Virus record (IMG/VR): IMGVR_UViG_3300025137_000014
Location: 32,001 to 96,000 of that record
Length of the DNA stretch: 64,000 nucleotides
DNA from: a virus
Strand: one strand, 5' to 3'
Shown: in pieces, positions 1 to 11,407 of the stretch
How the letters are laid out: each line of letters starts with the position of its first letter
How positions within the stretch are numbered: position 1 is the stretch's first letter
Translations under genes and position numbers: made by a program
Notes under the pieces: model-generated
What the model saw: only the letters and a program-made list of their open reading frames with translations
What the model was told of the DNA's origin: nothing
The model's database searches: none

Positions 1-841
1 CATAATCTGTAATATTGAACTCACTTGTAGTATATGCATCGTAGAATTCTAGTTTAATATCTATAGCATTGCTACCATTTAATCTAGCATGTACTTCAAA
101 TTTGTTATTTGTATAGTAACCGGAACTGCCATCACCGCCTGTCTTTTCATATATCTTTGCATATGATGAAGTTAGTGATGTAAATCCTCCAGCTGGAGTG
201 CCTACACCACCTGTAGATTCTATTACATTATGACTGAGTTTCAATATACCAACGTTTGTGAACATTGTTGCCCAATCTGTGCTTTGTTTATGCGAAACGT
301 CAACGCCAGTTAGTGAGGTATCTAGTCTTATATCTCCGCCAGAGTTAAAGAAATGTCTTCGGTCATCTGAGTTTGCAAATATAGTTGAAAATTCATAGAA
401 TACATTTCCTGACCAAGTATGAACTGCGCCAGCACCCGGAACGTCATATGTCTTAGATGATGAAATCTTATTTGATTCCGCAGTCATTTGAGCGATATCG
501 AAATTTAGTTTGTTAGAACGTACAGTCGAAATATCTACTTCTAAGTCTGGAATGATTTCTATTAGTTGACCTGCAGTTGGGAAATCAGGGTCACTGCTAT
601 CTAACGGTGAGTTAATAGTAGTGCCCTGATGTCTGCCTGCGTATTTAAGAGCAGTTAGGAGTAACTGCATGTGAGAAGCATTAACTATAGTCCCACTTGT
701 TACGTGAGGGATTACGAGTTGGTCTTGGCCATAACCAGAGTCGCCCGCTCCAATTCCAACAATTTCGTTTATATCATCTGCGAAACCGTTATAATCGGAT
801 GCTCGTATCTTTCCTCCTAAGTAGTAACTTTGTGGTGCCAT
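1..841 (-). CDS. Virion structural protein, paralog of 875..1783; runs off the left edge (partial, not in ORF track)
   Basis: ATG at 841 (MAPQSYYLGGKIRASDYNGF...). The frame was open in the stretches I translated, including the window edge. Shares the FFNSGGDIR motif with WFSAGGEIR of the adjacent gene. Confidence 0.75.
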   Translation of the reverse strand, partial: MAPQSYYLGGKIRASDYNGFADDINEIVGIGAGDSGYGQDQLVIPHVTSGTIVNASHMQLLLTALKYAGRHQGTTINSPLDSSDPDFPTAGQLIEIIPDLEVDISTVRSNKLNFDIAQMTAESNKISSSKTYDVPGAGAVHTWSGNVFYEFSTIFANSDDRRHFFNSGGDIRLDTSLTGVDVSHKQSTDWATMFTNVGILKLSHNVIESTGGVGTPAGGFTSLTSSYAKIYEKTGGDGSSGYYTNNKFEVHARLNGSNAIDIKLEFYDAYTTSEFNITDY

Positions 842-874
842 CTTATTAACCTATCTCTTTTCATGTTAGAAAAC

Positions 875-1783
875 CTATGATAGGTTATCTGTAACTGTAA
901 ATGTTGGATTTGTTATACTAACAGAACCTGATGTATTACTGTTTTTTAATGAGTTTATTGTTACTGTAGACGTACCAACTGCCTGGTCAGCTCCACTCCA
1001 AGACCATGCTCCACCATAACCTGAACCTGAGCCAGAACGTGCCGCGTGTGCATCTGCTAAAATAGTTTTAACATATATATCGGCGCCACTTTTGTAAGCC
1101 TCGATAGCGATATAGTTTGAACTATAATCACCATCATCTGCGTATTCTTTCTTAACTTCTACATAAGAAGTAGTTAGGTCAGAATACTTTTTACGTGTCG
1201 AGGAATCAACGTTAGTTGAGTCTGTCGGACGTACTGAAAATCTGTAAGTTCCCATTTCTGCTGTTAATTGTTCCCATGATGTTCCTTGTTGATTAGAACT
1301 TGTATCATTGTGTGATGCTGAAACTCTAATTTCACCACCTGCTGAGAACCATGCATTCATTGTATCCACATCAGAAAATGAAACTCTTACGATTTGTTCT
1401 TTCGTACCGTTCCAATTGCTAACTGTTTGTGATGTTTCTTGTACAACTGACATGTCCCAACCACTTGAATAAGTCCAAGGGTTATCAAAATGGTCACTGA
1501 TGGTTGTTGTGAAAGAAGATGCATCATTATAAAATTGCTCATCTTGGATCACATCGCCAGCATCAACTGCCGTAAATGGGTTAGTTATATTATAAAAATT
1601 TGCAACTTTCGCCGCCGCTGAGTAGATAGAATCTTGATATACATCATCGATTGTATCACCTGCCGCAGGGTTGGCCGCTACCGTGTGACTTTGGTTATAG
1701 CCACCGTGAACACCTGTTCCGTTTAGTATCGAATTCAAGGTGTCTCTTAGTGTACTTAAGTCACTATTTGATATCACCGCCAT
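875..1783 (-). CDS. Putative virion structural protein (Ser/Thr-rich)
   Basis: 302 aa, AGGAG SD, downstream of the baseplate operon. Confidence 0.7.
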   Translation of the reverse strand: MAVISNSDLSTLRDTLNSILNGTGVHGGYNQSHTVAANPAAGDTIDDVYQDSIYSAAAKVANFYNITNPFTAVDAGDVIQDEQFYNDASSFTTTISDHFDNPWTYSSGWDMSVVQETSQTVSNWNGTKEQIVRVSFSDVDTMNAWFSAGGEIRVSASHNDTSSNQQGTSWEQLTAEMGTYRFSVRPTDSTNVDSSTRKKYSDLTTSYVEVKKEYADDGDYSSNYIAIEAYKSGADIYVKTILADAHAARSGSGSGYGGAWSWSGADQAVGTSTVTINSLKNSNTSGSVSITNPTFTVTDNLS

Positions 1784-1847
1784 GTTTTTACTCCTAAATT
1801 TGACTAGTCATTAAATTCTTAATCAAGAGATATTTCCGGATTTCTCT

Positions 1848-2519
1848 TTAACTAAGTTGAATAGTTACCGTATAGTCTATAACGATAGTTCTATTCGCTG
1901 ATAATAACACAGGATGAAAAGTTACATGTGTTAGCATCAGGGTCTTCGTTTCATCTAATATGCCAGCGTTGGTAACGCCAGATAGTAGACCAATTTCATC
2001 AAAAGTAAATGCCGGCACACCAATCGGGTCTGTAGAACTATCTGTCTCCGGAAGATTTGCATTCGGATCTGATAGCTGTACGAAACTTTCATAGTCATTG
2101 TGTGACAATTCTACTTTGAAGTTAATCTTTGATGTATTTTCTGGAATAAGTGTTCCATTAACATCTTCACCAGGAAAGTAAACCGTATTAACTGTTCCCT
2201 GCTGATAAGTTTTAGTGTATAACTTTGAATTACTCGCTGTCATACTTAATTCATCATATGTTGTGAAAACTCTTGGAGAACGGTAAGATAGCGTAGAAGT
2301 AGAATTACTTCCGCCATTACCGAATGCCATCCAATTGATATATGGTGCAGACCCAGTCCCATTGATACTTGTTGGCTTACCAGCAAGTCCAGAGGCTAGA
2401 ACATATGCCATATTTCCTGGATGAATAGCATTTTTCTTATTAACGAGTATTTGGCCTGTCTCTTTATCTGAGATTTTTAACATTCCAACTACTTGTGCTT
2501 GTATATTATCTTTAAACAT
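1848..2519 (-). CDS. Putative baseplate/tail-collar structural protein
   Basis: 223 aa; FDEIGL...LTHVTFHPV...IDYTVTI pattern typical of jumbo-phage baseplate-associated proteins; GATAAATA promoter upstream. Confidence 0.6.
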   Translation of the reverse strand: MFKDNIQAQVVGMLKISDKETGQILVNKKNAIHPGNMAYVLASGLAGKPTSINGTGSAPYINWMAFGNGGSNSTSTLSYRSPRVFTTYDELSMTASNSKLYTKTYQQGTVNTVYFPGEDVNGTLIPENTSKINFKVELSHNDYESFVQLSDPNANLPETDSSTDPIGVPAFTFDEIGLLSGVTNAGILDETKTLMLTHVTFHPVLLSANRTIVIDYTVTIQLS

Positions 2520-2572
2520 TTTTATCTCTCTTAGTAATCTTAACTATTTATCAAAATACTGTCTGTATGGTT

Positions 2573-5500
2573 TTAAACCCAATCCTCTTTCACTTTCCCA
2601 TGTAGAACTATCTCTAACGGTGTATCCAATGCGTACACTTTGCTAGTATTCCCAAGTTCTGTGAGTAGACCTGTATACAGACCTCTTTCTTCAATAGTAA
2701 GGTTTTGTGATGCTTTCTTGTTATAAGTCATAAACTCTATGATACCTGTTGTTTCATTTTCGAAAGCAATCAATTTCTTATTCTTTTTAGATGCTGTTTT
2801 GAAAGATGCCGGAGTATCTACTACAACTGTCGTACCATCAAATGATGCCGCAGTCGATTCAGCTTTAACTCCTATCTTCCATCCACGACCAAATATGTCA
2901 TACACAAACATGAACGTCTTATCATGTGTTGTTCTTGTCGCATCTGTATATTGTTTTATCATTACTGTGGAAGCATCAAGTATTGTAGGAAGTATCAGAC
3001 CAGTGTCAAAGCCACCTGGTAAATCTGTGTACTGTTGTCTTGTTCGTAATAGTCTTCCTTGTTCCCAAGTTCCATCTGCAATGGTAGTGTAATTGTCTGC
3101 ATCAATGATTTTCTCATCGCCGCCGTCTAATACATCTGCATCAATATAACGTGAATGGTTACCAAAGTCAAGTGTAATATTCATTTTTTCTTCAATGTTT
3201 ACATTTGAATTAATAATTTCTTCTTTGCCGTAAATTCTTTCTTTTGTTCTTATCTTCGTATGATAAGGTTTTGCCTCAGTGATATACTCAATAATATCTT
3301 CTTCACTATCACGTTGATAGATAGCGTACTGTCTCAAGTCTCTATGAAACATTTTGATATCAATATAACTTGATTTAAATATCCAGTCTGGATAACTTTT
3401 CTCTGTATACAAATAGTTAATCATACCAAATAAAATATTATTAAGAACATTTCGTTTAGGATACCCCATTAATAATGAAGATAGTTCATGTATCTGAACT
3501 CCTAATGCATTTTCGTAATACTGTTTAGATGCTTCATCGTTTTCTGGTTTAACCATATCTACATAAGACAATGATAATGCATTCTTTGAACTATTAACTA
3601 AACGTAATGCACCTTCATGTTCAACATAATATTCATCATGTGTAGGCAATTCTAGTTTAAATGAAGTTATACCTTCTCTATATAATTTTAACATATCAAA
3701 GTTTCTTGTCTTAGATAGATATCCGTATCTTTTGACTTCTTTATATTCGTCAGTTAGATACCAATCGTTTAGAGACATTGCTAACTCATCTGGGAAAATA
3801 AATTCTTTGTAGAATGGGAAGTTACCAGTTAGATGTTTGTTAGATAATTCTTTATTAACAAGTGATGCAAAGTTTTCTCTAGCACCTTGTAAATCTGTGA
3901 ACCAAGTATTAGTGAAATCTTCCTTCATTCTAAATACTCTGACTACATCACCTACTACAATATCAACTGATTTTGCAATTAATAATTTTGCCTGTGAAAA
4001 ATTAGTAGGATCAATGTCAAATCCTATATCTTTGGCATCCACTATTTTAGAGTTTAATGTAACAACAGTATCATTGATAGTCGCATCGGTTTGTCCTATT
4101 ATCAGTCCAGAAAGAATTTGGAATTGTATAATAGTATGATTAGGATCACCCAACATTGACTGTTCAACTTTTGTTTGGTCAGCCGAATAATATTCTATAT
4201 TAGAAATATTATTAATAAGTTCTTTCCATAATTTGCTATCAACTACACTGTTATCAAATTTTCCACCCTCTTTAATAAATTTGAAATCAGTATGCTTTGA
4301 TGAAACATCAGGAGTCATTCTATATTCTAATGTCACATCTACTGTTTCATTTTCGAATACAAATGCATTGTTGCTTATAGCTATTTTATTATTAGATATT
4401 GGTATAAATTTATTATTAATATCACCACTCTGTAATAGCATTTTAATTTCTTCAATGCTTAACGTCTTTCCAGAAACTGGTTCACTTCCTATCTCACTCC
4501 AATAATAATATTCAGTAATAGATTTATTCTTAATTGTATCAAAATAAACTTTGGTAGTAAATGTTGTTATGCCTTCTGGTAGTGCTTCGCTTTTAGACCA
4601 CTGCTTAATATTAATTTCTGAACCAGGAACTAACTTGCCCCAATATTTTGATGCAAATGATTCTACTAAAATTCTGTTTGCATCGCCATAGTCATTGTAT
4701 CTATAGTAACGTGCAAGAGTAGTGTCCCACCAAATCTTTCCTAAGTTTTCATCAAGCCATAATTCTTTGCTGGTAGCATTATCATATCCGGCTGGATCTT
4801 CCCATGTAATATAATCAATATCTCTTGTTGCTGAACCTGGGAATTTTAAGTTAAGTGGGTCATATAATTGATAGTTAAAGAAGTTATCACCATCTTGTAT
4901 GATAACACGTTTCATGTAATCTACTTCAAGTGTAGTTGCTTCTCTGTTTCTTATTATTAATGAACCTGTGCTATTTCTATTTAGAACTGCCCAGCCCTCA
5001 CTTGCATATGAATCTGCCCAAATTAATGCTTCTGCATTTAATCCTAAGTCTGCATAAAACTCATCAAACGTTTCAAATAAGAAGAACGGAGTAAATCGCA
5101 TAGACTTCCAACGCATTGCTTTGAAGTTTGCATTACTAGTAACACTCGTATAGTCTCTATATAGCCCTACTTTATTTAATATTCCATCTGATGTTCCACT
5201 GAATGACAAACTAACATTAGCACTTGTGAAGACCATTCTGCCATCACTTGTAATGTTAACCGAAATTGTACTTGATTGTGTATTAATAAAATCTTTAAAT
5301 TCTGATGCACTACTACTTACTGATGTACTATTAGAGTAAGTTCCTGCATTAATACCCAAATCATTTAATGGATTACCAGTAGTATTCGACAATGCAATAC
5401 TAGACTGCGAACTTGTAATTAGTAACTGTCTACCTGATGTACTCTTAGATAATGTAACACCAGTTGTACCTGATAGTGCCTGATTTTGTATGTCTTCAAT

Positions 5501-8500
5501 AATATTCGTTAATGCATCTACTGTAACTGTTGTAGTTGCAAATCCTAATCTAGTCATTGCACCAGCTGTAACTTCTGTAATAGTTAACTGTGCATTTGAA
5601 CTTGTAATAGTTACTGCATTCCCTGATGCTGATGCTGACACACCTGTAATTGATAATGCATTAATCTGATTAACTACTGATTGTGCATTTGGATCACTTG
5701 TTGCATTGTATGTACCAGAGGTCATACCTAATGCTGATAATGATGTACCGCCTAATACCATTGTATTATTCGAACTTGCGATAGTCAAAAGACCACCGAC
5801 TGATACTGTCGCTGTTATACCAGCGATTGTAGATAATTCTGTAGCAATGTTTTCGAATTTACTTGCTTTGTAAGATGATGTAGTCGATATACCTAAGTCA
5901 GTTAATGCTGAACCAGATACTTCTAATACACCTGCACTTGTTGTTAATACAATTTCATCATTTGCTGTTTTACTTGCAACAACATCAAGACTGTTTGTAT
6001 TAATGTTTGATATAACAGCGTCAACATCATCTCCTGAAGTTAAAGATAATAATGTACCATTAACCTGAAGAGGTTTATTCTGTGGTATAGTCGGTGCCTG
6101 TACTGTTCCTGTAACTGTTAAGTCTGCAAAAGATTTTGATACACTGTCAACTTCAATAGTTTGTCCAGATGCAATAGCTGTAGTTTCTGTTGCTGTGGAT
6201 GTTTCACTAATACTAGAAACACCACTATAGTCTACAGTTAATGTTGTACCATCGATTGTAACCTCATCATCTTTAGAAGAAGTTAAACTAGAAGAGGCTA
6301 TTGCAGTTGTGCCTCTAAATGTAACAACAGTGTTTGCATTTATGATTGTTCCAGTAGACCCATATATAACCATCTGCATTTTTTCACCCACAGAAACTAC
6401 AGGATCAACTGTTGCTCCTTGGATAGTAATACCAGTTGATACTGAACCACTGCCTGGAGTGTATGTAAAACTTTCACCATCAACTACGATTGCATCACCA
6501 GATGAAAACACTGGATTACTTACTGAACCAATTGCTTCAACACCTTGCTGTGATGAAGTTGGAACAAATAAACTATTTGTAGTCGAACTATCAATCTCTA
6601 CAATAAGAGGTTCATAGTTTAATTCAAATACTAAGTATTCATAAATTGCGATACCACTAACTTGTCTTGTTCCATTGCTTACCAGATAATAATAATCTGC
6701 TACTTCTGGATCAATCGTTTCATTTTTAATTTTTAGATATACACTATCGATTGTTTCAATTTCATTTGTCAATCCAATATACAATTGGTTGTCATCTGTT
6801 TCACCTATGTATGAAATTTCTGCAACTTCGCTTAGACGTTTTACATCCCATTCTCTTTGTGGATCAAACTGTACCCAAGCTGTGTCGCCTTCATATAGTG
6901 TTTCATTGTTTAAATTCGTTAAATCATATTCTGTTTTTACTTTATAATTTACATCATCACCATCTACATATCCTGTTGTTTTAACTGGATATTGTTTTGC
7001 AATATCTCTATAAACAAATGGTTGCTGTAAAGTATCATATGTAATTGTGTGTGGATCACTTAATATATCAATAGTGTTAATAGTTTTAGTTACACTAAAT
7101 CCATTGTTAACTTTTCCGTAATCGTCTACTTTAATTGCCCAAACATCTTGGTGTGTGATATCTTTAAAGTTACTATTGTTATTAATAATTCTATTAATAG
7201 AAGATTCTGTACCTTTGTGAGATAGAAAACCTTTGTAAAATTCTAGTGAACTTTCTCTTTCTAATCCGTGATTAGATAAGTATGCTCTTTTATTATAACC
7301 AATCTGCGAACCCTTAAGTCCGTTGATTGACTCTAAACTTTGGTCAACTAATGTATCTCTGTAGTATTTTGATTCTTCTGCAATAGTCTCAAAGTTTGGT
7401 ATTAATTTGTCGCCATATGTTAAGTAACCGTCTACTGTTAGCGTTCCGTCCCAATCAGTATTTCTATTACAATCAATTTGCATACGTAGATTTCTATTGT
7501 GATTAAGTGGATCATAAATTATGTCACCATAACTATCTACTCTATCTACAACAAATGCATGTTCAACATCTTGAATATCAATCTTCATTCCATAAATAGG
7601 AACATCACTTCTAAAGTTCAGTGTCTTGCCATCTGTAGTAAAGTTAATTGAAGTATTTGGTATTAATCTTCCTGATGCATCAACTACACGATAAAAGTTT
7701 TTATGTGTTTCTTTTCTAACTGAGGCTACTCCATATGGTGCTGTGAAATTTCCTGACAACAACATAGGAGATAATGTAATAAAATCTCCAGGCTCATGTG
7801 TCTCTGAACTCCATTCTAAGAATTTTAACAAAAGCTGTTTAAAGTCAATGGCGTTACCGTCTTCATCTATATCTGTAAGTCCCCAACCTATCAGTCCTAA
7901 ATATTCCTGATACCCCAACATTAAATGTGCAACATCATCTATTGAAGTTAATATATCTCCGTAGTTAAAAGTTTTTATTGCATCGTTTTGAAATTCTTTC
8001 CAACCGTAAGCAGTAATAACATTTGTTGTTGGCCATTCTATTAATTGTTTCCAATCTTCAATATTATCATCAAGTAATGTAGTTGAAGTATGTGTTCTTA
8101 AACAAACATAAGGTTGACCATTATATTTCATGTAGCTATCTTGTCTGTAGAATGCACCTTCTTGCCATTCATTAAGATTCATTCTATCGCCTTTAGTACT
8201 GAACGCTTTTTCTCCAGACGTTCTGTCCCAATCCATAGCAAAGAACGTAGGATTTATTTCATCATATCCTTGAACTCTGTAACCAAAACTTCTTATCTTG
8301 GGTTGTGATATCATGACCCAAGCCGCATAATCAAATTGTATTGTGTTTGATTGTTCTATTGTTGTCTGCCCAGAAACTTTTCTTCTATAATATTTGTTAT
8401 CTGATGGGTTAAGAACTACGTCACCAATTTCATATGTAGGAGTACTTCCTAATTGATATACCGGATGTGATGAATCCATTGAAACTTTTTCAATAACAAT

Positions 8501-11407
8501 AGCACTAAAGAATTCACTTCTGTTTGGTTCTCCAGAATGTATTATTAAGTCATAATTATCTTTAGGTATCTCTGTATACTTGCTATTAGACATAGAAGTG
8601 TTTTCTGCTAATAGTTTAAAGTTGTTTACAAACCCACCTAATTTATTACCTAATTTAAATTCGTATTGTTGCTTCTCTGCAAGAACTTGTGAAGTGTTTA
8701 TGCCTTCTCTGCTATTATGAATTGATATAGTTTGGTCTATTTCATCTTTGTATGTGTGAAGTATTTTAAAAGGTTTAGTAAGCATCATTAAGATAAACTC
8801 AATAAATGGATACTCACTTGAACGTCTCCATGCCATTTCTCTTGGAGAGCCGTCACCGAATTCCCAGTCTTCTGTCATTCTTGAAATTTCACTTACGCCC
8901 AACGAACCATTAAAGAATAAACTATTTACATCAAGTAGTGCGCCATTGGCATCTACTGGAATAGGTAAATCTGTAATGTTGTTAGCTGTATATAAGTTAT
9001 TCCAAAAAGCAGGGTCACCAAAGTTTGTGCCATATGTAGTTCTAAAGTTTTCAGGCTCTTGAGAAAGTCCTATTACTTTCCAAGGTTCTTCTTTTGGATT
9101 ATCTGTATTGTACGCAAAGTGGAATATACCACGCCAATGTCCCGGAGTATTTGCATCTATATTTCTATAGTTCCATGTTCTCCAGTCATCGCTTTTGTAA
9201 TCTGTATTTTGTAAGTCATCAATATTATTTCTAATCATCCATTTCTTAAAGAAAGGATACATTGTATATTTCTTCTCAGAATTTTGCCAGTCTGTTGAGG
9301 CTGTTCTATATACGCCGTAGTTAATTGAATCTATATTTGTTCTTGTTATATTGTCATCTAAATTATTCCAAATAAAAGTTTCAAACAACATCATAATGTC
9401 ATCTGTTCTATCATTCCATAATTTCATCATAGACCCATCGTGTCCTCTTAGGAAACTCATACTTGGGTAACCATTTGGATTATTAGAATAGTTCGCATCG
9501 TCTACTATTTCTGGTCTAAATGCAGGATTAATTTTTAAGTAAGTTGCACTTGGTGGAATAAATGTTTCTTTAATGCTATCATATCTTCTAAGATATACTG
9601 TGCTAGTACTTTGTACTGGTACAACAAATGTTAGTTCGTCACCTGTTTGAGAAACAGTATAATCTACATTAAGTCTTTGCAGTATACCATCTTTAAATAC
9701 TGACACTGTTTTATCAAAAGCTATGGTTCCTATTTCTGCTGGTATAATTTGTTCTTGTGAACCATCAGTAATTTCTATCTCTGCTTGTTGATAATTAGAA
9801 TATAATTCGCCGTGATTAATCATATCAAGTTTATCAAATATACTAATACTATCCCTTTTTGACAATGCAATCGTATTCAATGCTTCCTCAAGTAATAAAA
9901 TATCATCTTTAGATTCACTTCCTGGATCATTTAATATTTCTCTTATTGTAGTTACTAGTTTATTTTTATAACCTTGATACGTTGTTGATAGAAATTCAAC
10001 AGCTTTAATTGGATCATAGTCATCTCTAGTTAAGGCAAAAAACGCATCTCTAACGTCAACTGAATTTGTAACTAATACACTTCCTCTATTGTTAAATGTA
10101 GTTGTAGTGCCTGTTGATGTTAGATTTCTAAAATTATTAAATCCATTCGCTTCACCTGTAAGTCCAGGTGCAGTTTCTAATATTCGTAAGAAATGTTCAT
10201 ATACTAACGAATAAGATAACTCTATATTATTATAACTCTTATTATCAATGTTAAATTCTAGTGAATGATGAAGTCTTTGAAATCCATTATCACCGTCGTT
10301 TACTACGGCATTTAGTGTACAATAATCAACATATACAAATCCTTCTGGTTCATCAGTTAGTGTTACTGTATTGTTAGGAGCGTCAACTGTGTAGTTTGCA
10401 ATTTGCTTTATACCTTCTACGTATACGTCTACCGCATTTACATTTTTAGGTCTTTGCGATAATGTCAGTGTCTTACCTGCTTCTCTTCCAAATTCTTGTC
10501 TAAAGTTTCTATAATCAAATATAGTATCAATGTATATAGATTCTAATGCGCCATTGATATCGAAATGTGCTTCATTTGGAATATCAACTATGAAACAATA
10601 CTCACTTAAGTAGTCACCTGCTTTTAAAACTGGAGTGAAACCTAACTCTAGGTCTGCATTATATAAACTAGAATCACCTTCTACGTATGTAAAAATTCTT
10701 GCATCATCTAAGTTTGATCCATCTTTAGCATAAATTTTGAAAAGAGGAAACTCCCAATCAGTAGTTGTATCTTTTAATAAACTACTATTGTTAAGTTCTA
10801 GTCTGCTATCAAATTCTATAATAGGACGTTTAGCTTGTTCTATCTTGTCCATATTAGAAGTTGTTATGAAATTTTTAATATCATCATAATGATACCATTT
10901 GTTTTCATTTGACCACCAGTTATCTACTGCAAATAAATTTAATTCGTCTCTACCAATAGTAACGTAATGCTTCTTATCACTACCAGGTGTTAGATTAGAA
11001 TCAAACCCTGGTCTTACCCAATAGTACATTTCATAGTTTATAAACTTATCTAAGTTTATTGGGATATTAATTGTTTTCTTTGATGTATCGAATAATCTTC
11101 TATGGTCATTTGTTAATGCACCTTTATTGAATAATGCATTAAGCATATCTTCATAAAATACTTTATCATATGAACTAGCATAGACTGGTTCTAATCCGTA
11201 ATTTTCACGATTGAATGCATGAGGAGGGTACGAAAGATAGATATCTTCTTCTTTGTTTATTCCCTTTTCTTTTCTTCCTACAAATGCTTTTGTCTTTTCA
11301 ACTGAGCCTTTAGAAAACGCTCTTTCAAGTGTTCCTTCAAAGATAGTCTGTAATTCACTATTCTTTAAATGTCCCGGAAGAAAGTCATAAATTTTATTCT
11401 TAGCCAT
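2573..11407 (-). CDS. Giant baseplate wedge / virion structural protein (gp7-like position)
   Basis: 2944-aa ORF overlapping the gp6-like stop; central Ser/Thr/Gly-rich repeated beta modules. Confidence 0.7.
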   Translation of the reverse strand: MAKNKIYDFLPGHLKNSELQTIFEGTLERAFSKGSVEKTKAFVGRKEKGINKEEDIYLSYPPHAFNRENYGLEPVYASSYDKVFYEDMLNALFNKGALTNDHRRLFDTSKKTINIPINLDKFINYEMYYWVRPGFDSNLTPGSDKKHYVTIGRDELNLFAVDNWWSNENKWYHYDDIKNFITTSNMDKIEQAKRPIIEFDSRLELNNSSLLKDTTTDWEFPLFKIYAKDGSNLDDARIFTYVEGDSSLYNADLELGFTPVLKAGDYLSEYCFIVDIPNEAHFDINGALESIYIDTIFDYRNFRQEFGREAGKTLTLSQRPKNVNAVDVYVEGIKQIANYTVDAPNNTVTLTDEPEGFVYVDYCTLNAVVNDGDNGFQRLHHSLEFNIDNKSYNNIELSYSLVYEHFLRILETAPGLTGEANGFNNFRNLTSTGTTTTFNNRGSVLVTNSVDVRDAFFALTRDDYDPIKAVEFLSTTYQGYKNKLVTTIREILNDPGSESKDDILLLEEALNTIALSKRDSISIFDKLDMINHGELYSNYQQAEIEITDGSQEQIIPAEIGTIAFDKTVSVFKDGILQRLNVDYTVSQTGDELTFVVPVQSTSTVYLRRYDSIKETFIPPSATYLKINPAFRPEIVDDANYSNNPNGYPSMSFLRGHDGSMMKLWNDRTDDIMMLFETFIWNNLDDNITRTNIDSINYGVYRTASTDWQNSEKKYTMYPFFKKWMIRNNIDDLQNTDYKSDDWRTWNYRNIDANTPGHWRGIFHFAYNTDNPKEEPWKVIGLSQEPENFRTTYGTNFGDPAFWNNLYTANNITDLPIPVDANGALLDVNSLFFNGSLGVSEISRMTEDWEFGDGSPREMAWRRSSEYPFIEFILMMLTKPFKILHTYKDEIDQTISIHNSREGINTSQVLAEKQQYEFKLGNKLGGFVNNFKLLAENTSMSNSKYTEIPKDNYDLIIHSGEPNRSEFFSAIVIEKVSMDSSHPVYQLGSTPTYEIGDVVLNPSDNKYYRRKVSGQTTIEQSNTIQFDYAAWVMISQPKIRSFGYRVQGYDEINPTFFAMDWDRTSGEKAFSTKGDRMNLNEWQEGAFYRQDSYMKYNGQPYVCLRTHTSTTLLDDNIEDWKQLIEWPTTNVITAYGWKEFQNDAIKTFNYGDILTSIDDVAHLMLGYQEYLGLIGWGLTDIDEDGNAIDFKQLLLKFLEWSSETHEPGDFITLSPMLLSGNFTAPYGVASVRKETHKNFYRVVDASGRLIPNTSINFTTDGKTLNFRSDVPIYGMKIDIQDVEHAFVVDRVDSYGDIIYDPLNHNRNLRMQIDCNRNTDWDGTLTVDGYLTYGDKLIPNFETIAEESKYYRDTLVDQSLESINGLKGSQIGYNKRAYLSNHGLERESSLEFYKGFLSHKGTESSINRIINNNSNFKDITHQDVWAIKVDDYGKVNNGFSVTKTINTIDILSDPHTITYDTLQQPFVYRDIAKQYPVKTTGYVDGDDVNYKVKTEYDLTNLNNETLYEGDTAWVQFDPQREWDVKRLSEVAEISYIGETDDNQLYIGLTNEIETIDSVYLKIKNETIDPEVADYYYLVSNGTRQVSGIAIYEYLVFELNYEPLIVEIDSSTTNSLFVPTSSQQGVEAIGSVSNPVFSSGDAIVVDGESFTYTPGSGSVSTGITIQGATVDPVVSVGEKMQMVIYGSTGTIINANTVVTFRGTTAIASSSLTSSKDDEVTIDGTTLTVDYSGVSSISETSTATETTAIASGQTIEVDSVSKSFADLTVTGTVQAPTIPQNKPLQVNGTLLSLTSGDDVDAVISNINTNSLDVVASKTANDEIVLTTSAGVLEVSGSALTDLGISTTSSYKASKFENIATELSTIAGITATVSVGGLLTIASSNNTMVLGGTSLSALGMTSGTYNATSDPNAQSVVNQINALSITGVSASASGNAVTITSSNAQLTITEVTAGAMTRLGFATTTVTVDALTNIIEDIQNQALSGTTGVTLSKSTSGRQLLITSSQSSIALSNTTGNPLNDLGINAGTYSNSTSVSSSASEFKDFINTQSSTISVNITSDGRMVFTSANVSLSFSGTSDGILNKVGLYRDYTSVTSNANFKAMRWKSMRFTPFFLFETFDEFYADLGLNAEALIWADSYASEGWAVLNRNSTGSLIIRNREATTLEVDYMKRVIIQDGDNFFNYQLYDPLNLKFPGSATRDIDYITWEDPAGYDNATSKELWLDENLGKIWWDTTLARYYRYNDYGDANRILVESFASKYWGKLVPGSEINIKQWSKSEALPEGITTFTTKVYFDTIKNKSITEYYYWSEIGSEPVSGKTLSIEEIKMLLQSGDINNKFIPISNNKIAISNNAFVFENETVDVTLEYRMTPDVSSKHTDFKFIKEGGKFDNSVVDSKLWKELINNISNIEYYSADQTKVEQSMLGDPNHTIIQFQILSGLIIGQTDATINDTVVTLNSKIVDAKDIGFDIDPTNFSQAKLLIAKSVDIVVGDVVRVFRMKEDFTNTWFTDLQGARENFASLVNKELSNKHLTGNFPFYKEFIFPDELAMSLNDWYLTDEYKEVKRYGYLSKTRNFDMLKLYREGITSFKLELPTHDEYYVEHEGALRLVNSSKNALSLSYVDMVKPENDEASKQYYENALGVQIHELSSLLMGYPKRNVLNNILFGMINYLYTEKSYPDWIFKSSYIDIKMFHRDLRQYAIYQRDSEEDIIEYITEAKPYHTKIRTKERIYGKEEIINSNVNIEEKMNITLDFGNHSRYIDADVLDGGDEKIIDADNYTTIADGTWEQGRLLRTRQQYTDLPGGFDTGLILPTILDASTVMIKQYTDATRTTHDKTFMFVYDIFGRGWKIGVKAESTAASFDGTTVVVDTPASFKTASKKNKKLIAFENETTGIIEFMTYNKKASQNLTIEERGLYTGLLTELGNTSKVYALDTPLEIVLHGKVKEDWV

